From the NCBI GenBank assembly GCA_963662275.1, contig OY759316.1:3712001-3776000 (forward strand): a stretch of DNA of 64,000 bases, read 5' to 3'. A program made the translations under genes and the position numbers. The stretch comes from Candidatus Cloacimonadales bacterium. GTDB taxonomy: Bacteria > Cloacimonadota > Cloacimonadia > Cloacimonadales > DAONDQ01. Position 1 is the stretch's first letter. Every line of letters starts with the position of its first letter. The notes beneath the pieces are model-generated. The model did not search any database, was not told where the DNA came from, and was given only the letters and a program-made list of their open reading frames with translations. Below are positions 10,447 to 19,230 of the stretch, in pieces.

Positions 10447-11424
10447 TTAAAACTTCACCAGTTTTTCGATTTCGTAAGCAATTCGTTCTGGTGGAATGAT
10501 GTAAAAATGTTCACCAAGCGGAAGAGGAACGATCGTATCGAACCCGCTTAATCGAACCGGTGGCGCTTCCAAGTGCAGAAATGCCTCTTCAATACAAATC
10601 GTCACTAATTCAGCTCCGGCACCAAAGCGTGAAGGGGCTTCTGAAACGATGAGGACACGTCCTGTTTTTTGAACCGATTGCCGAATGGTATCCCGATCAA
10701 TGGGATAAATCGTACGCAGATCGATGAGTTCAACGGAAATACTCTTATCCTTCAGCAAGACCATTGCCCGTTGTACTTCCCGAACCATGGCGCCATAGGC
10801 AATCACGGTGATGTGTTCACCTACATTCAGTACATTTGCTTTGCCGATGGGGATGGTGAACTTCTCTTCCGGTACTTCCTGTTTAATAGCTCTATATAAG
10901 CGTTTAGGCTCCATAAATATGATAGGGTCTTCAGACTCAATAGCGCTGATGAGCAGACCTTTGGCATCGTAAGGAGTGGAGGGAATCACGACCTGCAAGC
11001 CCGGGTATTGGGCAAAGAGAGCTTCAGGGCTTTCAGAATGGTGCTCCAAAGCATTGATGCCTCCGCCATAGGGAAAACGAATGACCATTGGAGCATGGAA
11101 CTTGCCTCTTGAACGGTTGCGTATCCTTGCCACATGTGAGAATATCTGGTTGAGTGCCGGATAGGAAAAGCCATCGAACTGCATCTCCACAATAGGTCTT
11201 AAACCGGCGATAGCCATACCTAAACCGCTACCTGCAATGGCTGCCTCTGCCAGGGGAGAATCGAAGACACGTGCTTCACCGTATTTCTTCTGGAGATTTT
11301 CAGTCACACGGAACACACCGCCTTCCACACCTACATCTTCACCAAAAAGGATGATCTTCGGATCTTCAGCAAGTTTGATATCAAGAGCATTATTGATTGC
11401 CTGTACTAGATTCATGACGCTCAT
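10447..11424 (-). CDS. pdhB: 2-oxoacid (pyruvate or branched-chain) dehydrogenase E1 beta
   Basis: GEDVGVEGGVFRVT, FDSPLAE, EHHSESPE. Confidence 0.92.
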   Translation of the reverse strand: MSVMNLVQAINNALDIKLAEDPKIILFGEDVGVEGGVFRVTENLQKKYGEARVFDSPLAEAAIAGSGLGMAIAGLRPIVEMQFDGFSYPALNQIFSHVARIRNRSRGKFHAPMVIRFPYGGGINALEHHSESPEALFAQYPGLQVVIPSTPYDAKGLLISAIESEDPIIFMEPKRLYRAIKQEVPEEKFTIPIGKANVLNVGEHITVIAYGAMVREVQRAMVLLKDKSISVELIDLRTIYPIDRDTIRQSVQKTGRVLIVSEAPSRFGAGAELVTICIEEAFLHLEAPPVRLSGFDTIVPLPLGEHFYIIPPERIAYEIEKLVKF

Positions 11425-12509
11425 TTTGCCCCCTCAGTTGCTGCAATAAATTGCTCGTATGCTTTTCTCTGGCGTTTGAGTTCATCAGGAACATAGCTAT
11501 ATAAATGGTTAAACACATCATCGAGCGGATAGGTAGAATAGTTTTCTGCTATTTCGAATTCAGTTTCCACCAGCTTTTGATATGTTTGAACCAACTCATC
11601 TTCATCTGCTTGCGTGATCAATTTCTTTTCCTGCAGGTACAAACGTAGGCGAAGAAGCGGGTCTCTTTCCAGCCACAGCTTTTCTTCTTCACCTGTCCTA
11701 TAGCGTGTGGGATCATCCGAGGTGGTATGAGCTCCCTGCCGATAAGTGACAGCTTCTATCAGAACAGGTCCTTTTCCGCTTTCCGCATAAGCCCTGGCTT
11801 CTGTCAGGACATCCAGCATGGCTAAGTAGTCATTGCCATCGACCAGGATACCTGGAATGCCATATGCAATCGCTTTGCTGGCAAGATTGATGGAATTTGT
11901 CTGCTTCTTGATGGGCATGGAGATAGCAAACTGGTTATTCTGGATGATGCAGATCAGGGGCACTTTCCAGACCGAAGCGAAGTTAATTGCTTCATGGAAA
12001 TCACCTTCCGATGTTCCACCATCACCCACAAAGCCAAAGACAACTGACTTTTCCTGTTTGAATTTCATGGCATAAGCGATACCGGTGGCATATTGAATTT
12101 GAGAGGCAATGGGAACAGCCGAAGGGAGTAATCGATTCGCTTTTTCAAAACGGGAACCACGTTCATCACCCCGATAATACATGAAAATCTCATGTAATTC
12201 TGCACCCTTTGCCAACCAAGCTCCCATTTCACGAAAGGCTGGAACCAGCCAATCTTCTTCGCTGATGACCTTCCCCGCTGCGGCTGAAATGGCTTCCTGC
12301 CCAAGATTGGGAGGGAACGTGAACATCCTGCCCTGCCGTTGAAAGCTGACTGCCATCAGGTCAGCAGTTCGGTTGAAAAGCATTGTTTTGAATGCGTCTA
12401 AAAGTAGTTTATCATTGAATTCAAATTGAGTTGGAGAGGCAACTATCTTACCTGTTTGATCCATGATTTGGATCATTTCATTCTTGAGGGGATCGTAGGT
12501 CTCGATCAT
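11421..12509 (-). CDS. pdhA: 2-oxoacid (pyruvate or branched-chain) dehydrogenase E1 alpha
   Basis: QRQGRM, GQEA, TPP motif GDGGTSEGDFHE...NN, GAHTTSDDP. Confidence 0.92.
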   Translation of the reverse strand: MIETYDPLKNEMIQIMDQTGKIVASPTQFEFNDKLLLDAFKTMLFNRTADLMAVSFQRQGRMFTFPPNLGQEAISAAAGKVISEEDWLVPAFREMGAWLAKGAELHEIFMYYRGDERGSRFEKANRLLPSAVPIASQIQYATGIAYAMKFKQEKSVVFGFVGDGGTSEGDFHEAINFASVWKVPLICIIQNNQFAISMPIKKQTNSINLASKAIAYGIPGILVDGNDYLAMLDVLTEARAYAESGKGPVLIEAVTYRQGAHTTSDDPTRYRTGEEEKLWLERDPLLRLRLYLQEKKLITQADEDELVQTYQKLVETEFEIAENYSTYPLDDVFNHLYSYVPDELKRQRKAYEQFIAATEGAK

Positions 12510-12627
12510 CGTTCATCCTCCTATAATCATTACTATTAATTAACTTAGTAAATTAATAGAAGATTATGTTTTTTAAATGTAAAGATAATTCACTTTCAGC
12601 AAAGACAAAAGAAAAAGAAGCAGACGT

Positions 12628-13214
12628 CCACAAGAACCCCAATTATTAGCAACGTATTTACCCGCCATAGAATCTTATATTTCTGCACTATCAGTAGTAG
12701 GAAACACAGCATTTTTGTCAGATATTTCGTTAGGTTTATTGATTGTCGACATTTCTAACCCCCAAGAACCTCAGCTTATAGGTTCCTATATTCCTTCCGG
12801 ATATATCAAAGAGATTGAATCAAGAGATAATCTTCTATATATAATTGAAAACCGTGATTATTTGAAAGTGATCGATGTCTCCAATCCTAATGATCTACAA
12901 ATACTTGGTTCATATGAAACAACTGGCATTGCTCAATCGCTTGCTGTCATTGAAGAGACAGCTTATATCGTAAGCAGCAGTCCAGATTTACTATGTTTGG
13001 AAGTCCTGGATGTTTCTAATCCTGATTTGCCCATCATACTTTTTGATTATCCATTTCATTCTACAAGTCAGATAACAGGAGTATATATTAAAGATAATTA
13101 TCTATTTGTTATGGAACTGATTATGAAGGAAAAGCAATTGCTTCCGGAGTGTATTTTGCTAAGCTAAGCTCAGAAGGAATAAGTACAGGCAGAAAACTGC
13201 TGTTATTGAAATGA
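12628..13214 (+). pseudogene. Relic of an LVIVD-repeat secreted protein fused out of frame to a C-terminal sorting-domain tail
   Basis: LLIVDISNPQEPQ, LKVIDVSNP and LEVLDVSNP repeats with no start or signal peptide; from ~13113 another frame reads GTDYEGKAIASGVYFAKLSSEGISTGRKLLLLK*. Confidence 0.7.
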
Positions 13215-13238
13215 TGAAGATCGCATCATAAGCTGATG

Positions 13239-13556
13239 TTATGCTTGCTGCAGAATATTGATCAGCACTTCCTTGTATTTTTCGAAAGCTCTTCTTCCTC
13301 GATTCGTGAGACGTAATAGGGTATGGGGTACCCGGTTTACAAATTCCTTCATAATCTCGACATAGCCGTTTTGCTCTAATTTCAGTAACTGTGCCGAAAG
13401 ATTTCCTTTAGTCAATCCTGTTTTGCGTAACATGTAAACAAAATCTGCTTTATCCACGACATATAAATATAGCATGATGTTCAGTCGAGCTGGTTCATGG
13501 ATGATCCGATCAATATCTTCAATACTGGTCTCTGTAAGATTGTCTTCAGTTCTCAT
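13239..13556 (-). CDS. Winged-helix transcriptional regulator (ArsR/MarR-like, HTH_34 type)
   Basis: IDRIIHEPARLNIM...LTKGNLSAQLLKLEQNGYV...LTNRGRRAF. Confidence 0.85.
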   Translation of the reverse strand: MRTEDNLTETSIEDIDRIIHEPARLNIMLYLYVVDKADFVYMLRKTGLTKGNLSAQLLKLEQNGYVEIMKEFVNRVPHTLLRLTNRGRRAFEKYKEVLINILQQA

Positions 13557-14151
13557 CTTTCATCACCGGATATACTATCATGAATTTAAGCAACTGGATA
13601 ATTCCGAAGATAAAATCGAAAACACCTAAGATAAAAATGTAAAACATCAGATTGTTATGATGGAGAATGCCAGAATATATTAAAGCAATAAGAGCAAGAA
13701 TTATTACCCCATAAAGAAGAAAGCCTATGTTTTGTTCACAGAAATAACGGTATAAGAGCAAAATTATGATGAAGAGGGCGATACTTATCATTATCCCAAG
13801 GTGCATGTTCTTTTCAATGGCAGGTGAGATACTGTGACTTTGGAAATACAGCATTAAACCAAATCCCAAGATTAGTAGAATGGCTATGAAAATTTGGATG
13901 AAACTCCTGGAAGTTTTCTTATCACTAATTTCTGCATAACCAATCCTGGGGTAAGTGTAACTTTTTTTTAAGATGGATATTAATACAGGAATAAATGGAA
14001 TAAAGATTACAGCAAAATTCATTTTTCCTATTGAACCGAGAATTGCTATTATCATCAGATACAAACCAACAACAATATGAGATATGCCATCCTTATGCTT
14101 CTGTTCATGTAATACATCGATTCTAACTTGAGTAAGAAAGTCATTTTTCAT
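13546..14151 (-). CDS. Integral membrane protein (about 6 TM segments), co-transcribed with the wHTH regulator
   Basis: Hydrophobic segments, YPRIGYA motif, overlap with the regulator start. Confidence 0.7.
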   Translation of the reverse strand: MKNDFLTQVRIDVLHEQKHKDGISHIVVGLYLMIIAILGSIGKMNFAVIFIPFIPVLISILKKSYTYPRIGYAEISDKKTSRSFIQIFIAILLILGFGLMLYFQSHSISPAIEKNMHLGIMISIALFIIILLLYRYFCEQNIGFLLYGVIILALIALIYSGILHHNNLMFYIFILGVFDFIFGIIQLLKFMIVYPVMKDEN

Positions 14152-14168
14152 GATGTTCTCCTTTGATG

Positions 14169-14197
14169 TAAACAGGTTTATGGTGTAAACTTGTTTA
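14169..14197. promoter_or_regulatory. Inverted repeat, probable operator of the wHTH regulator operon
   Basis: TAAACAGGTTTA-tggtg-TAAACTTGTTTA (12-bp arms, one mismatch) just upstream of the 14151 start. Confidence 0.45.
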
Positions 14198-14359
14198 AGA
14201 TAGTATATTCAGTCAAGAAAAATCTCACCCTTTTTTTTGATCCTATTATTAAAAATAACTTGCAGGATTATTTGAATGCATATGTCCTATCACTTTTCCT
14301 TTATATGAATAGAAATTGCATTGTTCATACTTTCCCTAAAAACCTAACTAGGAGGTTAC

Positions 14360-14608
14360 ATGAGGTCTGCAAAAGTCAGTAATCTGGCTATCAGTGACAA
14401 CGGCTTCGTTTTTGATCCGACAACCGGTTACAGCTATAATACAAATGAGATGGGCTTTTTTCTCTTGAAATTAATGGAGGAAGGATTCGAACAGGATGAG
14501 ATCATTACCCGTATCATGGATGAATATGAAGTAAACCATGACACTTTGGAACGTGACCTAGATTTTTTCAGCCTGCAGATGAAATCTCTTGGTTTGCTGG
14601 AAGACTAA
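14360..14608 (+). CDS. PqqD-family / RiPP recognition element (RRE)-like protein
   Basis: 82 aa, AGGAGG RBS; beta segment FVFDPTTGYSYNTNEMGFFLL followed by three helices ending EYEV...LERDLDFF..QMKSLGLL, typical of PqqD. Confidence 0.8.
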   Translation: MRSAKVSNLAISDNGFVFDPTTGYSYNTNEMGFFLLKLMEEGFEQDEIITRIMDEYEVNHDTLERDLDFFSLQMKSLGLLED

Positions 14609-14776
14609 GATGTCATTTTCTTTAGCTCATTTCAAAGGCACGATCGCTGTCAGTGGTCTGAAAACCGGAGATAATCCGCAGCCGGGTGTACCTGTTATCC
14701 GTAGTATCCGCAATGCTGGATTCGAAGGTAAAATCATTGGTTTGATCTATGATTCGCTTGAATCAGGTATCTATGT

Positions 14777-16637
14777 GAGACTGTTCATGAAGTTATTCAT
14801 AATATTCAATAAGTTAGAAAGTAGCAAGTTGAAAAAAGTGGTCGAAACGGTCATAATTTAACATACCTTCCAGAATTGACAGATAAGCTCTGCTAAGGAC
14901 ACCAAATCACAAGTTAAGCTTTTTGACTAAAATTGAAAAACACGCGATTATAAGTAATGTTTCGAAGCCGTTTCTGACTAAATGTGTAGTTAAAATCATA
15001 TAAAATAGTTCTTTACAAGTTTTTTGCTATAGCTTCAATGGCATTTGTTACCTGGTAACAAAAGGGAGGATATTATGACAAAAAAACACTCCAATTCAAG
15101 AAGCGGTAAGTGTTAGTCATGAAAGTAACCAATACCATGTAAGTATTAACGTACCATTTTCATTCACTTTGCCTGAGACAACATCAAACCACAAGTTCTT
15201 AATAGCGTTTCTACGCTTATTAGTAGGAATAGGCGGAGACAACCTCCTTACACTTCAGCAAATAGCTGATCTGTTTAACTACGCAGACCGCAGGAATGTA
15301 CATAATTTCTGGCAAGAGTTTGAGCAGCATGGTCATGATATCCTGGCATATTTAAGCCGGAAAGTTGACCTGCTGGAGTGTATTCCTCAGATCGAGAATT
15401 TTGTTATCAATAACCTGCTTTTACCTTTAAATGTCATGTATCAGGAGTTCATCAGCCATCATGATTTTAAAATGTCCTATACCACTTTCTGCAAATATGC
15501 TTCTCAGGTCAATTCTCTGTCTGTAGTTAAGCAAGCTCAGAAGCTTCTTCTGAAAAAGACAGTAGGCGGTGATGCTGTACATCTGCTGAAACTGCTTGCC
15601 GGTCAGCAGAATACACCTGTTATCTGTGACAGACTCCTGGAACAAATGAAGACTGCTAAAGGCAATACATCCCATAGAACCGCCGATGCAAAGCCGTTCC
15701 ATAGTCTGGAACGCAAGAACCTGTGTCTGCTGGTACATTACCTGGTTGGAAGCGGTATGAACTTCGAGACGATAGCTTTGCTGCTCAACACCTGTAAAGC
15801 TACAGTCTCAAATCTCTGGCATGAAATCGCTGACCTGCAGAGCCTGATTCTGAACTCAATCGGTAAGTGGAGCGGAAAGATCAGCATTGATGAGAAATAT
15901 GTGAAGATCAAAGGTATTCCGTACTATGTCATCAGTATTGTTGATTTTGTGACTCACATCCCTCTGTTTTGTGAGTTGTATCCTGACACAAAGAAAGAAT
16001 CATTCGAAGCATGTTTCAGAACCTTCAGACAGCTCTACAGGAAAGATCCAACCCTGATTGTCAGTGATGGCAGTAAATCGTTAGCAGTTGCAAGAAAAAC
16101 AGTGTTTCCAAAAGTCCATTACCAACTCTGTAAGTTCCATAAGATACGAAATCTCTTCAAAAGAATCAGTCAATGTCATCTCCCTGAAGACAGGGACAAG
16201 TTCTTTAAGAAGAGGATTATGAAAGCTTTCCGAAGAGAAACGGCGGGCGGAAGGAAAAAGGGTATCGCAAGCCTGACAGCTATTACTCCCCCAACCGCCG
16301 CCGAATACATCAAAAGCAATATCATTAGTGATTGGAGACACCTCAGCAAAGGTTTGACTTCCAATGTCTCTGAACGCTGGAACCGCAAAATCAAGAAGGT
16401 GACATCCGGTAGATTTGGACTAAAATCTGAAGAAACCACCCGCAACCTTGTGTTTTCGCTTTGGTTCAAAGAACTGGTCGATAAAGGTCAACCAATCATG
16501 CGTCAGGAATCACTTTTAGCAAGTTTAAATATCTCCCGCATATGTCAAGAAAATGTGGATTGGTCGCACTTAGACCACTTTTTCTCTGTCACTACCAATA
16601 AGGCTGCGTAAAATGGAGGTTAATTTTGAACAGTCTC
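14777..16637 (+). mobile_element. Insertion sequence, 1861 bp, DDE transposase (IS6/IS240-like catalytic motifs, family uncertain)
   Basis: Terminal inverted repeats GAGACTGTTCA / TGAACAGTCTC; 8-bp target duplication ATCTATGT at 14769-14776 and 16638-16645. Confidence 0.92.
15075..16611 (+). CDS. DDE transposase (RBS-linked ATG at 15075 is out of frame by 1 nt at an A7 run; long ORF annotated from 15169)
   Basis: ISIDEKYVKIKG, IVSDGSKSL, QLCKFHK and SNVSERWNRKIK motifs. Confidence 0.8.
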
Positions 16638-17877
16638 ATCTATGTTGACGGTCTTGTGGATAAAGTTTACCAAATGCCCTATCCCTCAGAAGGGGCAGAG
16701 ACATTCATGGATAGGATGGATTACATCCTGTCACATGATAAGATTGATGTCATTATTCCAACCCTAGACTCGGAAATTATTACATATTTACGTCTGAAAA
16801 GTGAATTGATCAATCGTGGGGTGCATACTTTCCTACCTGAAGAAGAACAATTCATCCTAAGAGATAAAACAAAACTCAGCACATTCTTTCCCCCAAAAGG
16901 TATCGCTGTTCCTAAAACAATTATCATGAATGATCCGAGGCAAGCGAAAGATATCTCCAAGGACATACCCTTCCCTGTGATTGTGAAGGGACGATTTTAT
17001 GAAGCTTTTGCAGCAAACAATCCCGATGAAGTAGTTAAATTATACCACCTGATTGAACATAAATGGGGATTACCCATACTTGTTCAGGAGATTATTATTG
17101 GTGATGAATTCAATGTCGTGATCATCGGTGATGGCAAAGGTAAAACAATCGGTATGGTGCCTCAACGAAAACTGGTGATTACAGATAAAGGCAAGGGTTT
17201 CGGGGGAGTTGTTGTTAAGAATGAGAAACTGGAAGCATTTTCCAAGAAGATTATCGAGATTCTGCATTGGCGTGGTCCTTGTGAATTGGAAATCATGAAG
17301 GATAGTAAAGATGATTTTTATCTGTTAGAAATCAATCCCCGCTTTCCAGCCTGGGTAAGATTAGCAGAAGGTGCCGGTCAGAATTTACCCGCTGCAACTG
17401 TAGCCTTGGCTATGGGAGAAAAAGTGGAACCGTTCACCGAATGTAACACCGGAACTCTCTTTATTCGTCATGCAGAAGATTTAATTTCGAATATTGCAGT
17501 GATGGGAGAGATCTCTACAATGGGGGAACTCACGAAGTGCGAAGTGCGAAGTGCAAAGTCCGAAGCGGAAGAGAAGAATAAAACCACGAAACACACGAAA
17601 ATCACGAAAGAAGATAAGTGATAGAATATCTTGCAAAGATGTGTTCCCATTCCTCTCTTTGGATATAGAGAGGTGGTGGTTACTGAGCGTAGTCGAAGCA
17701 TAGTGTCGAAGAGTTTGAGAAACAGTATGTAAATACGAAGTTAAAGAAACTTAGGAAAGATGAAGAGCAGAACTTACTCTCGTCTAATATAGTTGACCCC
17801 CTTAATCCTCCCTTAACAAGAGGGTAAAAGAGCGGGGAACCAGATAAAGACCAGAATTAAAATAAAAGGTGTATAGA

Positions 17878-19227
17878 ATGAAAAAGTCATATAGTCCGCC
17901 CTATATTGAGAAGAACAATGCCGGATTCATGAATAAATTCGCTTATCGCAGCGTCGTGAATTACCAGGATAAAATTGAGAATATTCCGATTGAATCGATT
18001 GTTTCCAAATATGGTTCACCGGTATTTGTTTTTACTGAAGCTACAATTCGTAAAAGATACCGTCGCTTGCTCCAGTCCATAAGTATGCACTATCCGAATG
18101 TGGAAATCTCGTGGTCATATAAAACCAATTACCTGGGGGCAATATGCAAAATATTCCACCAGGAGGGTGCAAAAGCGGAGGTTGTGAGCGGATTTGAATA
18201 TGAAAAAGCACGTGATTTGGGAGTTGCCGGAAGAGATATTATTTTCAATGGACCTGGAAAAAGAGAGCATGAAGTACGCACTGCCATGGAAGATGGAGCA
18301 AAGATACATATCGATCATCTTGATGAATTATTCATGGTGGAAAGAATTGCCAGGGAACTTGGTAAAGTAGCGGAAGTTGCGATTAGAGTCAATATGGATA
18401 CAGGTATCTACCCTCAATGGTCACGTTTTGGCTTTAATTATGATAACGGTGAAGCATATCGAACGATCCAGCGCATCGTTGCCGGCAAGAAATTGAAACT
18501 CACAGGTCTCCATACACACATAGGTACTTTCATTTTAGATGCAAATGCCTATTATGTGGCTGCTTCAAAACTACTGGCATTGGCTCAGAAAGTAAAGGAA
18601 GATTTCCATTTTGCCATTTCCTATATCGACCTGGGTGGTGGATTTGCTTCTAATAACACATTACATGATTCCTATACACCCGGTGAATTCTCTGCCCCAT
18701 CATTTGATCAATATGCACGTGCCATTGGAACAGCGTTCAATGAATCCCAGTTTTCACGGGAAGAATCACCTCTACTCATCCTGGAATCAGGACGTATTCT
18801 TATCGATGAATCAGGTTATCTGATTGCCAGTGTGCTTGGGAAGAAGAACCTTCCAAGCGGAGAGAGAGGTATCATCCTGGATGCCGGTCTGAATATCCTG
18901 TTTACGACTTGGTGGTACAAACTCAAGATAACACCCACCCAGCCATTTAGTGGAACCTATCAGAATACTCTGTTCAACGGTCCTTTATGTATGAATATTG
19001 ATGTAGTTCGACCGCCTTTCAGCTTTCCTGATCTACAGACTGGAGATCACATTCTTGTCAATCCGGTTGGTGCTTATAATGTCACTCAATGGATGCAATT
19101 CATTGAATATCGACCGAATGTCATTCTGATTACAGAAACTGGTGATCTGGAACTCATTCGGGAAAAGGAAACACTCCAGGATGTAATTCAACGGGAACGA
19201 ATCCCTGAGCATTTAAGGAAAATCTAA
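17878..19227 (+). CDS. PLP-dependent fold-type III decarboxylase (diaminopimelate/ornithine decarboxylase-like)
   Basis: YGSPVFV, WSYKTN (PLP lysine), FNGPGK, HTHIG, IDLGGGF, ESGR, GPLCMNID, GAY; N-terminal extension MKKSYSPPYIEK. Confidence 0.85.
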   Translation: MKKSYSPPYIEKNNAGFMNKFAYRSVVNYQDKIENIPIESIVSKYGSPVFVFTEATIRKRYRRLLQSISMHYPNVEISWSYKTNYLGAICKIFHQEGAKAEVVSGFEYEKARDLGVAGRDIIFNGPGKREHEVRTAMEDGAKIHIDHLDELFMVERIARELGKVAEVAIRVNMDTGIYPQWSRFGFNYDNGEAYRTIQRIVAGKKLKLTGLHTHIGTFILDANAYYVAASKLLALAQKVKEDFHFAISYIDLGGGFASNNTLHDSYTPGEFSAPSFDQYARAIGTAFNESQFSREESPLLILESGRILIDESGYLIASVLGKKNLPSGERGIILDAGLNILFTTWWYKLKITPTQPFSGTYQNTLFNGPLCMNIDVVRPPFSFPDLQTGDHILVNPVGAYNVTQWMQFIEYRPNVILITETGDLELIREKETLQDVIQRERIPEHLRKI

Positions 19228-19230
19228 GGA

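Larger units (their letters stand above)
14610..17621 (+). pseudogene. ATP-grasp (carboxylate-amine ligase-like) gene interrupted by an IS
   Basis: 14610-14776 joined to 16646-17621 restores one frame (...ESGIY-V-DGLVDKV..., 380 aa) with DKTK, FPVIVKG, VQEII and LEINPRF ATP-grasp motifs. Confidence 0.85.

Noticed and set aside
7336..12304. Numerous antisense and alternative-frame ORFs overlapping housekeeping genes (also within tuf, rplJ and rplL)
   Set aside because: Shadow ORFs of well-conserved genes with no independent motifs or RBS
14191..14382. 63-aa ORF as the RiPP precursor for the RRE
   Set aside because: TTG start without RBS, overlaps the operator region and the RRE start, no leader/core pattern; probably spurious
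14589..14861. 90-aa ORF and the 331-aa ORF at 16626 as independent genes
   Set aside because: They are the two halves of one ATP-grasp gene split by the IS, as shown by the target duplication and the restored frame
17878..19227. Naming the gene lysA
   Set aside because: Fold and motifs fit the family, but the context and N-terminal extension suggest a different substrate; specificity cannot be read from sequence
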